Shown one piece after another: positions 1 through 8,893 of a stretch of 64,000 bases of DNA; position 1 is the first letter of the stretch; every line of letters starts with the position of its first letter. Source of the stretch: Acidimicrobiales bacterium. GTDB lineage: Bacteria; Actinomycetota; Acidimicrobiia; Acidimicrobiales; SZUA-35. The stretch is taken from positions 1,435-65,434 of the forward strand of contig JBOEHD010000040.1 of NCBI GenBank assembly GCA_050633745.1. Reading direction: 5' to 3'. The position numbers and the translations under genes are program-made. The notes under the pieces are model-generated. The model saw only the letters and a program-made list of their open reading frames with translations, was not told the DNA's origin and ran no database searches.

Positions 1-844
1 GCTGAGCCAAGATCTGAGCCATCATGTCGGCCACCCGACGACCGGCCTGAACATCGTGGGCTCGGATCACTCGACATCCCTTTGCGATCCCGATCACGTG
101 GGCCGCGGTGGTGCCAGATTCGATGTCGGTGCGTTCGGTGTCGAGCAGCTCGAAGAGGAAACGTTTGTTTGACGCCGACAGCAGTAATGGATAGCCAAGA
201 TCCATCAGAGCATCCGATTGCTGCAGCAGCTCCCAGGACATCCGTGGCGTCTTACCGAGATCAAGGCCTGCATCGATAACGATCCGCTCCTTAGGAATGC
301 CAGCAGCCAACGCGCTCTCTGCCCGATCCCGAAGGAACGAGCGAACGTCGTTTACCAGGTCGTCGTACACCGGATCGGGGTCGGGTACTCGCGGCGCTAA
401 CCGAATGTGAGTGGCGATCACCGAGGCCTGACCTGCTGCGGCGACAGACAGGTAGTCGGGGTCGGCGAAGCCGCTGATGTCGTTGCCGATGTCGGCGCCG
501 ACGGCGATGCACTGCCGCAATACTTCGGCTCGCCAGGTGTCGATGGAGAGAGGTACATCGAACCGGCCTCGTAGCGCCTCGATTGCCGGAACAACACGCT
601 CAAGCTCCTGCTCCAAAGTGACCTCGTCACCGGGACCGGCCTTTACGCCACCAACATCGAGAAAGTCGACGCCGTCGTCGACTAACTTCTCCGCTTTCCT
701 GAGGAAGTCGTCGAAATCCCAGTACTCACCGGCATCAAAGAAGCTGTCGGGTGTGCGGTTCAGAATCCCCATGACCAAAGCCCGATAGGTGATATCGAAC
801 CGATGGGCGCCCAAGTCTAAAAACACTCCCCGACGGTAGCGCAC
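1..844 (-). CDS. folP: Dihydropteroate synthase, N-terminal part (C-terminus lies beyond the window start)
   Basis: The reverse-strand frame is open to position 1. Its translation reads MGILNRTPDSFFDAGEYWDFDDFLRKAEKLVDDGVDFLDVGGVKAGPG...PLSIDTWRAEV...GADIGNDISGF, typical of the pterin-binding DHPS fold. It is absent from the ORF track because it is truncated. Candidate starts are GTG 844, GTG 826 or ATG 772. Confidence 0.85.
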   Translation of the reverse strand, partial: MRYRRGVFLDLGAHRFDITYRALVMGILNRTPDSFFDAGEYWDFDDFLRKAEKLVDDGVDFLDVGGVKAGPGDEVTLEQELERVVPAIEALRGRFDVPLSIDTWRAEVLRQCIAVGADIGNDISGFADPDYLSVAAAGQASVIATHIRLAPRVPDPDPVYDDLVNDVRSFLRDRAESALAAGIPKERIVIDAGLDLGKTPRMSWELLQQSDALMDLGYPLLLSASNKRFLFELLDTERTDIESGTTAAHVIGIAKGCRVIRAHDVQAGRRVADMMAQILAQ

Positions 845-880
845 CGAGGCGGAGGTCGCGCTCAGAACCGGGGGTTCGGG

Positions 881-1072
881 TCAGGTGTTGGCGTTACGCC
901 GCTCAGCGATGACGAGCCAGATACCACCGACCACGGCGAACATGGCAAACAGGAAGAGCATGACCGCCATCATCGAACCGACGACAGGTAGCACATCGAC
1001 GAACTTGCTGGCGAAGTACGATGCAATGCCCGCCAATAGAAGGGTGTAACCCGGCCGCATAAGAAGTGCCAT
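881..1072 (-). CDS. Small hydrophobic membrane protein (63 aa, two predicted TM helices)
   Basis: The ORF is almost entirely hydrophobic (LLLAGIASYFASKF...MLFLFAMFAVVGGIWLVIA). It lies immediately upstream of folP on the same strand. No family was recognised. Confidence 0.45.
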   Translation of the reverse strand: MALLMRPGYTLLLAGIASYFASKFVDVLPVVGSMMAVMLFLFAMFAVVGGIWLVIAERRNANT

Positions 1073-1161
1073 GGGCTCAATCTTAGCCTGTGACTGAGCT
1101 GCTGTGCTGTCGGGCGGCTGCGCGACCGCCTCGGCCTCTCGCTCTGGGTTAGGGTTTATGG

Positions 1162-2163
1162 GTGGTTAAGAAAGCGGTAGTCGCAGTAGAGGGTCCTCAG
1201 AAGCTGACCGAGATCAGCTCGTTTTCATGGGAGCATGCCGCCGACCGGGTGGCTCTCAACGCCCTGCAGCAGATCCCCGGCTTCGATGCGCTGCTAAAGA
1301 AGGTGGTGGGCACCTTCGGAGAGCGCAACATCTCGATGGTCTACAAGGCTCAGGCGGTTCGGGTCGGGCCTTCCCAGTACGCCAGGATCCACCGCCAACT
1401 CGAAGCGGTCTGCGAAGTGCTCGACACCGATGTACCGCCGCTCTACATCTCTCAAACCCACCTGGCCAATGCCGGCGCGGTCGGTATGGACAACCCGTTT
1501 ATCGTGTTGAACTCATCGTTGATCGAGCTGGCGAACGACGCTGAGATCGAGGCGGTGCTCGGCCACGAGGTCGGCCACATCATGAGCGAGCATGCCCTGT
1601 ACCGCACGCTGCTCCATCTGTTGCTCGGTTACGGGCAGTCGTTCACGCCTCTTATCAGCCAAGCCATTTTGCCGATCACCCTGGCGCTGCTCGAGTGGAG
1701 TCGCAAGGCCGAGGTCTCATGCGATCGGGCGGGGCTGCTGGCCACCCAGGACCTCAACGCAATGCTTGGTTTGCTCTGCGTCATGGCAGGCGGAATCAGA
1801 GGCCGGCGCGACGAGCTCGATGTGGCGTCGTTCATCGAACAGAGTGATGAGTACCGAGGCGAGACCGGGCTCGGCGCCTACTACCGAGTCATGGGGACCC
1901 TTGGTCAAACCCACCCGTTCCCCGTTATACGGGTCGCCGAACTGCGGGACTGGGTCGACTCGGGGGCCTACACCGAGATCATGTCTGGCAACTATCACCG
2001 AGTCGGCGAGCCACGACCGTTCGCCGACGACGCCAAGACCGCGGGCAAGGCGTTCAGCGAGACGGCTGGCCGGGTGTTCGAAGACACCGACCGTTACGTC
2101 AACGAGGCCCTGTTCGGCTTTATGGACGCAGCCAAGCGGCGTTTCACCTCAAGCGAATCCTGA
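1162..2163 (+). CDS. M48 family zinc metalloprotease (HtpX-like, soluble-type)
   Basis: HEVGHIMSEH contains the HExxH zinc motif in an M48-like context (AVLGHEVGHI). The start is GTG. Confidence 0.85.
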   Translation: MVKKAVVAVEGPQKLTEISSFSWEHAADRVALNALQQIPGFDALLKKVVGTFGERNISMVYKAQAVRVGPSQYARIHRQLEAVCEVLDTDVPPLYISQTHLANAGAVGMDNPFIVLNSSLIELANDAEIEAVLGHEVGHIMSEHALYRTLLHLLLGYGQSFTPLISQAILPITLALLEWSRKAEVSCDRAGLLATQDLNAMLGLLCVMAGGIRGRRDELDVASFIEQSDEYRGETGLGAYYRVMGTLGQTHPFPVIRVAELRDWVDSGAYTEIMSGNYHRVGEPRPFADDAKTAGKAFSETAGRVFEDTDRYVNEALFGFMDAAKRRFTSSES

Positions 2164-4024
2164 CGTCCAGTGCCGAGCCATCGGCGCTCGGTTGCACCTC
2201 AAGGGTTCCGTCACCGGCTGGCACGGTGAACGCCTCGACCTGGCGGCGGGCACCGATCACCCGGTGTTGTGGTGGGGCGGCGATCAGCGCTATGTCGCTC
2301 ACTTCATCGAGGGCGTAGACCAGCCGGGCGGTTGCTGCGTTGCCCCGTTCCAGAATCAACAAGTCGATCTGGCGTACCCCCGCGTCGAAGCAGCGCTCGA
2401 CCGACGTGGCGTAGGCATCGGCGCCGATGATCAGCACGCCGGGTGTCTGGGACTGGTTCTGGGTATGGGTATGGGCATGGGTATGGGGCTGTGTCTGGTT
2501 CTGGTTCTGGGGCGGATACCAGACGATGCCGGGCCCACAGAGACCTGGCTCATCCGGAGCGAGCGGAACCGCAGCGAGCAACGTGGCAAGCGCTCCGGAC
2601 GCGGCGACAATCCGCAGCGGCATCATTACCGCAGCGCTCCTCGCTCCGATCACCAAACCGGCGAGCGCCATCACCTGCAGCGGCCCCAGCCGGGGTGCGG
2701 GTAGCGCGGCGTGGAAGGTGGCCACCGTCTCGATCCACCACAGCAAGCGTTCGATCGGCCACTGCAACACGATGGCGATGGCCGGCGGGGCCAGTCCCGC
2801 GAGCACGCCAACGGTGAGGCCGGTGGTCATGATGGCCGCCGCGGCCCAGCCGACCAGCAGGTTGGCCGATATCGACGCTATCGAAACCGGTCCGAAGTAG
2901 TAGGCCAGCAGCGGGCTAACAAACAACTGAGCAGAAAGGGTGGTAGCAAGCGGAGCGGCCAACCATGGCGGGACCGGCACCCGTCGCTCGATCGCCGGGC
3001 CGGCAACCAGGATCCCAGCTGAAGCGGCGATCGAAAGTTGGAAGCCGACCGAGTCGACCAGGAAAGGGTCGATGCCGATCAAACAAAGTACCGCAGCGCA
3101 CAGCACCACCACCCCGGACCGTTCCCGGCCCGACATCACCGCCCAGGCTGCGATCGAGGCTGTGGCAGTCGCTCGCAACACCGATGGTTCTAGCCGGGTG
3201 ACGAGCGCAAATATGCACAGCACAAACAGCAGCCCGACGAACCGTGCCCTATGGCCCAGCATCTGTAGCAGCGGCCGGGCCACCGCCAAGACAAAGGCGA
3301 CGTTCTGCCCCGAAACCGCGAGCAAATGGGTCAGCCCCGCGGCCCGGAAACGCATACGCTGCCCGGTGGTTTGTCGCCGGTCGTCTCCGATGACCAGGCC
3401 CAGGTACAACGACCGTCGACTATCGGACATATGGCTGGCTCCAGCGGCGATTCGTTGTCGTACCAGGCTCGGAATCAGATGGGTCAGACCCGGGCCAGAT
3501 GAACGCTCGACGGTGCGGATCGACATCTTTCCTGCAATGTGCCGGGTCCGCAGCCAAGGTTGGTCTGACAGAGGCTTGAGTTGCCCTTCGATCAGCAGGG
3601 TCTCGCCGACAGAAACGTGCTCGAGCGCCCAACCGGGCGGGCCATACGCTGTTCCCTGGACCAGGGCCCGGGACGGCAGCCGTAGCTCGATCCGCCAACC
3701 GGCTCCGACCGGTTCGGGGTCACCGGTCACCACCACCGGCCCTTGGAACGGACTGGCCTCGACAGTTTGGTACCGGGCTGCGGCCTGGACCCCCAGGTGT
3801 GCTGCCAAGACAAACACCGAGGCCATCAACAGAGCGGGCCAGCGGCGGGCTAGTGAAAACGCCACGCAGGTCACTCCGGCGATCAACCAGTACCGCGACG
3901 CCATACGCTGCCAGCTGAGATCGGCCCCGACCCACCCGGCGACCGCGACCAACACCGCCAGCACCTCCGGGTCTAACCGTCTTTGCCGCCACCGACGAGT
4001 CGGAGTCTCGCTAGACCGTGACAT
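2144..4024 (-). CDS. comEC: ComEC/Rec2 family DNA internalisation channel protein
   Basis: Polytopic membrane protein carrying the ComEC core motif LTHLLAVSGQNVAFV. It sits directly downstream of comEA. The ORF track starts at 4174, but ATG 4024 (MSRSSETP) overlaps the comEA stop by only 14 nt and is preferred. Confidence 0.85.
   Translation of the reverse strand: MSRSSETPTRRWRQRRLDPEVLAVLVAVAGWVGADLSWQRMASRYWLIAGVTCVAFSLARRWPALLMASVFVLAAHLGVQAAARYQTVEASPFQGPVVVTGDPEPVGAGWRIELRLPSRALVQGTAYGPPGWALEHVSVGETLLIEGQLKPLSDQPWLRTRHIAGKMSIRTVERSSGPGLTHLIPSLVRQRIAAGASHMSDSRRSLYLGLVIGDDRRQTTGQRMRFRAAGLTHLLAVSGQNVAFVLAVARPLLQMLGHRARFVGLLFVLCIFALVTRLEPSVLRATATASIAAWAVMSGRERSGVVVLCAAVLCLIGIDPFLVDSVGFQLSIAASAGILVAGPAIERRVPVPPWLAAPLATTLSAQLFVSPLLAYYFGPVSIASISANLLVGWAAAAIMTTGLTVGVLAGLAPPAIAIVLQWPIERLLWWIETVATFHAALPAPRLGPLQVMALAGLVIGARSAAVMMPLRIVAASGALATLLAAVPLAPDEPGLCGPGIVWYPPQNQNQTQPHTHAHTHTQNQSQTPGVLIIGADAYATSVERCFDAGVRQIDLLILERGNAATARLVYALDEVSDIALIAAPPQHRVIGARRQVEAFTVPAGDGTLEVQPSADGSALDVRIRLR
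2446..2512. repeat. Short tandem repeat (GGGTAT/GGGCAT hexamers flanked by CTGGTT repeats) inside comEC
   Basis: The sequence reads ctggttctGGGTATGGGTATGGGCATGGGTATGGGGctgtgtCTGGTTCTGGTTCTGG. On the coding strand it encodes PPQNQNQTQPHTHAHTHTQNQSQTPG. Confidence 0.8.
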
Positions 4025-4970
4025 GGTCACGGAGCGCCGCCAGTTTGACCGGGCCGATCCCGGGGACCTGTGTGAGGTCGTCGACGCTGAGGAAGCCACC
4101 GTTGTCGTCGCGCCAACTGACGATGGCCGCCGCGGTTGCCGGGCCAACACCGGGGAGGCTCTGCAACTGGGCATCGCTGGCGGTGTTCAGGTTCACCGGA
4201 CCTGCCTCCACCGCCGGAGCAGCGGCCGTTTCGGATGAGACGATGAGCGCCCCTTCGATCTCCTCCCCCTTTGCCGGGACTCGGATCTGCATGCCATCGG
4301 TCAGCGGCGCAGCCAGATTGAGCCGCTCGAAGTCGGCTGCCTCGGTCGGCCCTCCAGCAGCGGTAACCGCATCATCCACCCTGGCTCCGACCCGGACTCG
4401 AACCAGGCCTGGTCGCACCACCGCCCCGACCACATGGATAACCAGCTCGTCTCCATCCTGACCCGCCCCAGCTGAGCCCGACAGAGCGTCGGCGCCGTGA
4501 CTCGAACCAGGCTGGCCCGAACCGCTCTGATCCGAACCACGCTGACCGGCATCACCGGCGTCACCGTGAGTGCCGGCATCCGGCCCGTCGGTTGGAGGTC
4601 CGTCGGGGGTCACCCCATCGGTCGGCTCGCCTATACCGGCATCGTTTGAACCGGCGGCAAGCTCATCTTCGGCTGAGGCCAGCGGTATCAGCTGGTCGAT
4701 CGCGGTGGGCTCGGGCGGCTGGGCTAGCCACCAGCCAACAGCCGCCGTCGAGGCCGAAATCACGATGAGCGCGGCGACGATCCTGGGTCGCTCACGCCAC
4801 ACCTCAAGACGCAGCAAAACTTCGTCCAGCCGATCGGCTAACCCGAGCGGGCCCTCGGCCTCCGCTACTCGACCTTCTGTGGCCGTGATTTTAAGGGCCC
4901 CATCTTCTGCGAGACGGTCTGGCCCAACTGAAGCTCTCGACACAACTCTCCCCGACCACTTCGGGTTCAT
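4011..4970 (-). CDS. comEA: ComEA family DNA-binding competence protein (TM anchor, low-complexity linker, helix-hairpin-helix domain)
   Basis: The C-terminus VNLNTASDAQLQSLPGVGPATAAAIVSWRDDNGGFLSVDDLTQVPGIGPVKLAAL is a tandem HhH motif. An N-terminal TM helix is present (IVAALIVISASTAAVGWWL). The exact start is uncertain. Confidence 0.85.
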   Translation of the reverse strand: MNPKWSGRVVSRASVGPDRLAEDGALKITATEGRVAEAEGPLGLADRLDEVLLRLEVWRERPRIVAALIVISASTAAVGWWLAQPPEPTAIDQLIPLASAEDELAAGSNDAGIGEPTDGVTPDGPPTDGPDAGTHGDAGDAGQRGSDQSGSGQPGSSHGADALSGSAGAGQDGDELVIHVVGAVVRPGLVRVRVGARVDDAVTAAGGPTEAADFERLNLAAPLTDGMQIRVPAKGEEIEGALIVSSETAAAPAVEAGPVNLNTASDAQLQSLPGVGPATAAAIVSWRDDNGGFLSVDDLTQVPGIGPVKLAALRDHVTV

Positions 4971-5064
4971 CTAGGCGATGATTGGGGAGCTAGCTCCCGA
5001 GCTGTGTTGGCGTCACGCTACCGGGGTGGCGTGAAGTTAGAAATACCGGTCAGGAAAATCTGAC

Positions 5065-5811
5065 CTAGAACAGCTGCGTGGCGAGCTTTCGACGCCATGC
5101 CGATGCGGCCTCGGGGTTGCCGGTCGCTAGCTCCTCGAGCAGCGAAACAAACTGGCCTCGGGCCTCGTCGTCGGCCTTGACCTGGGGAAGCAGCTCACCG
5201 AGTTTGGTGTCGATCTCGTTTTGGGCGTCCGGAGGTAGCGCGGCGCTGCGGGCGATTGCCAGCATGGATGCGATGTCTTCGTCGCCCTCCGGAAATGCGC
5301 TCAGCATGGTGATCGCTTCGTCGGCCCGGTCGGCCTCCAGCAGCAGCTGGGTCAGCATGGCAGCAGCCTGCTTGTTCTCCGCATCGAGTTCGAGGACTTT
5401 ACGGAGCGACTCTTCATCGCCCTGCATCAGAAGCTGGGTGACTTCGTCGCCACCCCCAACACCAGCACCCGCGCCGGGCCCGGTCAGCTTGGCCACGAAC
5501 TCCCGGACCTGAGCCTCAGGCTGGGCGCCCATGAAGTTGTCGACGACCTGACCCTTGTCGAGGGCGTAGACCGCGGGGATCGACTGCACCTGGAAGGCCT
5601 GCGAGGCTTGCGGGTTCTCATCGACGTTGATCTTGACGAACGCCACCTGGCCACCGGTTTCACCGATGACCTTTTCGAGGATTGGGGTGAGCGTCTTGCA
5701 TGGCCCACACCATGGCGCCCAGAGATCGACGACGACGGGGGTCGACATCGAGCGCTCCAGAACCTCTGCTTCGAAGGTTGCGTCGGTGACATCAATAGCC
5801 ATGACGATCAC
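5065..5811 (-). CDS. Thioredoxin-domain protein with TPR-like C-terminal domain (YbbN/CnoX-like co-chaperone)
   Basis: WAPWCGPCK is the CxxC thioredoxin motif. It is followed by a roughly 130-aa helical acidic tail. An alternative ATG start lies at 5802 (MAIDVTDATF). Confidence 0.85.
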   Translation of the reverse strand: MIVMAIDVTDATFEAEVLERSMSTPVVVDLWAPWCGPCKTLTPILEKVIGETGGQVAFVKINVDENPQASQAFQVQSIPAVYALDKGQVVDNFMGAQPEAQVREFVAKLTGPGAGAGVGGGDEVTQLLMQGDEESLRKVLELDAENKQAAAMLTQLLLEADRADEAITMLSAFPEGDEDIASMLAIARSAALPPDAQNEIDTKLGELLPQVKADDEARGQFVSLLEELATGNPEAASAWRRKLATQLF

Positions 5812-5959
5812 GCTAGCGCTGACCGGTCGACTTTGTCGTGGCGAGGCTATTCCCTATGGTGGCTTCGACAGCACGAGCGCTGACCCCGACCCTCGGTTCA
5901 CACCGAGTGACACCGGCCCAGGCCACAACACCCAGGCCCACCGATACAAGGAGCGAAAC

Positions 5960-6973
5960 ATGAAAGTTGATGGAGGATTCGGAATGGGAAGCGGCCTCGG
6001 CGGAGCAATCGCCGCGGCCAAGGAGCACGAAGCAGCCGGTTACGACGGTTTCTGGACCGCCGAGACGAGCCACGACCCGTTCCTGCCGCTGCTTCTGGCA
6101 GCCGAACATACCGAGTCGATCGAAGTCGGCACATCGATCGCCGTGGCTTTCGCCCGCAACCCGATGACGCTGGCCAACACCGCCTACGACCTGCAGGCAT
6201 ACTCTGGCCGCTTCATCCTGGGCCTCGGCTCACAGATCAAGCCTCACATCACAAAACGCTTCTCGATGGAGTGGTCGAAGCCCGCGGCCCGCATGAGAGA
6301 AATGATCCTGGCCATCCGAGCCATCTGGGACTGCTGGAATAACGGCACCAAGCTCGACTTCCGGGGCGACTTCTACCAACACACCCTGATGACGCCGTTC
6401 TTCGATCCGGGGCCAAACCCCAACGGAGACCCCAAGATCTTCCTGGCAGGCGTCGGGCCGCTGATGACCGAGGTGGCAGGCGAGGTCGCAGACGGCTTCA
6501 TCTGTCACGGCTTCACCACCGAGAAGTTCCTGCGCGAGGTCACCATCCCGGCTCTGGAGCGGGGTCGGGCCAAGGCAGGCAAGACTATGGAGGGTTTTGA
6601 GATCGTCGGACCGTCGTTCGTAGTGACCGGCAACGATCAAGCCGAGCTCGACAAGGCCGCGGCGGCAACTCGCCAGCAGATCTCGTTCTACGGCTCGACC
6701 CCGGCCTACCGTCCGGTGCTCGATCTGCACGGCTGGGGCGGCATGCAGGAGGAACTGAACAAGCTCTCGAAGCAGGGCGGCTGGAAGGAAATGGGCACGT
6801 TGATCGATGATGAGATCCTCAACACCTTCGCCGTTGTCGGCGAGCCTGAGTCTGTGGCCCCCGAGCTGAACCGCCGCTACGGCGACGTCATCCAGCGCAT
6901 CAGCTTCTACGCCCCGTACAAGGCCGACCCCGATCGCTGGCGCACGGTGATGGCGGCGCTGAAAGAGGCCTAG
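5960..6973 (+). CDS. LLM class F420-dependent oxidoreductase (MSMEG_2256/TIGR03617-like)
   Basis: Luciferase-like TIM-barrel sequence (MKVDGGFG...GYDGFWTAETSHDPFLPLLLAAEHTESIEVGTSIAVAFARNPM...GLGSQIKPHITKRFSMEW). AAGGAG lies 7 nt upstream of ATG 5960. The longer ORF from 5627 overlaps the thioredoxin gene and was rejected. Confidence 0.85.
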   Translation: MKVDGGFGMGSGLGGAIAAAKEHEAAGYDGFWTAETSHDPFLPLLLAAEHTESIEVGTSIAVAFARNPMTLANTAYDLQAYSGRFILGLGSQIKPHITKRFSMEWSKPAARMREMILAIRAIWDCWNNGTKLDFRGDFYQHTLMTPFFDPGPNPNGDPKIFLAGVGPLMTEVAGEVADGFICHGFTTEKFLREVTIPALERGRAKAGKTMEGFEIVGPSFVVTGNDQAELDKAAAATRQQISFYGSTPAYRPVLDLHGWGGMQEELNKLSKQGGWKEMGTLIDDEILNTFAVVGEPESVAPELNRRYGDVIQRISFYAPYKADPDRWRTVMAALKEA

Positions 6974-7014
6974 GCCACGGCGCTGCGAACAACGATCATC
7001 ACATAGGCTGGCGC

Positions 7015-8334
7015 ATGGCTTCATCGGCGAATCCCCCGGCAGCGCCGGGTTCGAATCATCTTCCTTCACCTATGCTGCTCCCCCGCGGACTCAGTGTGCT
7101 GCTCACCGTGGCCGCGGCGATGATCGTGATCGCCGGTCTGCGGTCGTTCGCCAGCTCGATCGGCCCGATCTTTTTGGCGCTGGTGATCGTGGTTGTCGTC
7201 AGTCCGCTGCAGCGGGCGCTCACCAATCGGGGTGCGCCGGCCTGGTTGGGAATGACGGCGCTGTTGATCGCCTGCTTCGGCGTACTCGGATCGATCGTGA
7301 TCGCCCTGGTCTGGTCGACGACCCAGCTAGTCGGCCTGCTGGCCAGCGACGATTACGCCACCAAACTTGCTGACGCCCAGCAACAGGTTGCCGACCAGCT
7401 CACCGACATCGGAGTGAGCGGCAACGACCTGACCGAAGCGTTGGCAGGCCTTGACCTCGGAGCGGTTGCCGGGCGAGTCACGTCGGCCCTTTCCGGTCTG
7501 CTCGGCCTTACCAGCGCGATCAGCTTGCTCATGATCGCCATGCTCTTCATGGTGCTCGATTCGGAGAAGTTCGCCGCCAGCCTCGACGCGGTGACCGAGG
7601 ACCGGCCAAACGTGGTTAACGGTCTCCAGCAGTTCGCTCAGCGGACTCGATCCTATTTTGTGGTTTCGACCATCTTCGGACTGATCGTTGCCGTGCTCGA
7701 CGTCGCCGCTCTAGTCGCCCTGGGGATTCCCCTCGCCGCGGTTTGGGGTGTGCTGTCGCTGATCACCAACTACATCCCAAACATCGGCTTCGTCATCGGT
7801 CTCGTGCCACCAGCGATCCTGGCGTTCTTCGAAGGTGGTTGGCGGCTTTCGGTGTGGGTCATCGTGATCTACTTCGTGATCAACGTCATCGTGCAGTCGG
7901 TCATCCAGCCTCGCTTCGTCGGTGATGCCGTCGGGCTGTCGGCCACGCTGACCTTCCTGTCGTTAATCTTCTGGGGCTGGGTACTTGGACCACTGGGCGC
8001 GTTGCTGGCGGTGCCGATGACCCTGCTAGCCAAGGCGCTTCTGGTAGACATCGACCCTGCGACCCAATGGGCGGCCCCACTGATCTCGCTCGGCGTACCA
8101 CGACCGCTCGACGCGGTGGCCGACGTCTTAGATGAGCGAGACGACAGCGCTGGCGGTGCCGAAACCGGTGCTGGTTCCGATCGTCGGGCCGATGCTGGTG
8201 TTGGTGTTGCTGGTGGTTCCGATGATGGCGTCGACGGCGAAGTTACCGAACCGGCGGAACGTTCGTTGACCCCGACCGAGTTAGAGGCTCACCGCCGCGC
8301 CGCGGCCGAGGCGGCGAAGCGAAACAGGAACTAG
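7015..8334 (+). CDS. AI-2E family transporter (PerM/UPF0118 permease)
   Basis: Polytopic membrane protein with the NYIPNIGFVIGLVPPAILAF and LGPLGALLAVPMT motifs typical of the family. The C-terminal tail is acidic. Confidence 0.85.
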   Translation: MASSANPPAAPGSNHLPSPMLLPRGLSVLLTVAAAMIVIAGLRSFASSIGPIFLALVIVVVVSPLQRALTNRGAPAWLGMTALLIACFGVLGSIVIALVWSTTQLVGLLASDDYATKLADAQQQVADQLTDIGVSGNDLTEALAGLDLGAVAGRVTSALSGLLGLTSAISLLMIAMLFMVLDSEKFAASLDAVTEDRPNVVNGLQQFAQRTRSYFVVSTIFGLIVAVLDVAALVALGIPLAAVWGVLSLITNYIPNIGFVIGLVPPAILAFFEGGWRLSVWVIVIYFVINVIVQSVIQPRFVGDAVGLSATLTFLSLIFWGWVLGPLGALLAVPMTLLAKALLVDIDPATQWAAPLISLGVPRPLDAVADVLDERDDSAGGAETGAGSDRRADAGVGVAGGSDDGVDGEVTEPAERSLTPTELEAHRRAAAEAAKRNRN

Positions 8335-8882
8335 CGCTGGCCGATTGTGGGCGCGGTCGCCACCCAGACCAGTCCGCTCCACGGACCGGAGCCTTCGTAT
8401 TCAGCGGTGAAATCGAGCGACAGGTCTCGTCGCAGACCGAGCCGGCCCATAACCGCTTGGGAGCGCACATTGTCGGCGGCGGTGTAGGCCAGCACTTCGA
8501 CTAGGCCAACCCTGGTGAAGAGGTCGTTCAGTGCAGCAGAGGCCGCCTCCGTTGCGTAACCCTGTCCCCATGCTTCGCGGGCTAGCCGCCAGCCGATCTC
8601 GTGATGAGCGCCGAGCGGGTGATCTTCACCGGACGGGGTGGCACCGGTGTAGCCGAGGAACGTCCCGTCGTTGGCCTCGATGACCCAGCGGGTAAAACCA
8701 TTCTCTCGGTACACCCGGGTGAACCGGTCCAGTTTTTGGTCGCTGGCCGCTCTGGTCAGTGGACCCCCGAGATCGGCCATAACCTCGGGATCGGCGTTCA
8801 TTCTGGCAAAGGCGTCACTGTCGGAGCTTTGCCACGGCCGCAGCTTGAACCGTTTCGTCGCTAGCTCAAACCGTTCGGCCAC
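8331..8882 (-). CDS. GNAT family N-acetyltransferase (RimJ/RimL-like)
   Basis: Motifs FKLRPWQSSDSDAFARMNADPEVM and IGWRLAREAWGQGYATEAASAAL are present. GTG 8882 is chosen because the longer ORF (to 9248) runs into the upstream ligase gene. Confidence 0.8.
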   Translation of the reverse strand: MAERFELATKRFKLRPWQSSDSDAFARMNADPEVMADLGGPLTRAASDQKLDRFTRVYRENGFTRWVIEANDGTFLGYTGATPSGEDHPLGAHHEIGWRLAREAWGQGYATEAASAALNDLFTRVGLVEVLAYTAADNVRSQAVMGRLGLRRDLSLDFTAEYEGSGPWSGLVWVATAPTIGQR

Positions 8883-8893
8883 CGGATCTGTCG

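Noticed and set aside
2461-2488. The PHTHAHTHT peptide in ComEC, considered as a possible HxHxDH metallo-beta-lactamase metal site
   Set aside because: It arises from a simple hexanucleotide repeat, lacks the Asp-His of the motif, and is flanked by Q/N/T low-complexity sequence. It is a repeat artefact rather than a catalytic motif.
2940-4238. 432-aa plus-strand ORF, along with 1592..2704 (+) and other ORFs overlapping comEC and the M48 gene
   Set aside because: These lie antisense to a gene with clear ComEC motifs. The translations are Arg/Ala/Pro/Ser-rich and low-complexity, typical of shadow ORFs in GC-rich DNA.
8331-8334. Convergent genes overlapping through a palindromic CTAG (TAG on both strands), seen again at 49041..49044
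   Set aside because: The observation is real, but it is a simple consequence of compact gene packing. No functional inference is warranted.
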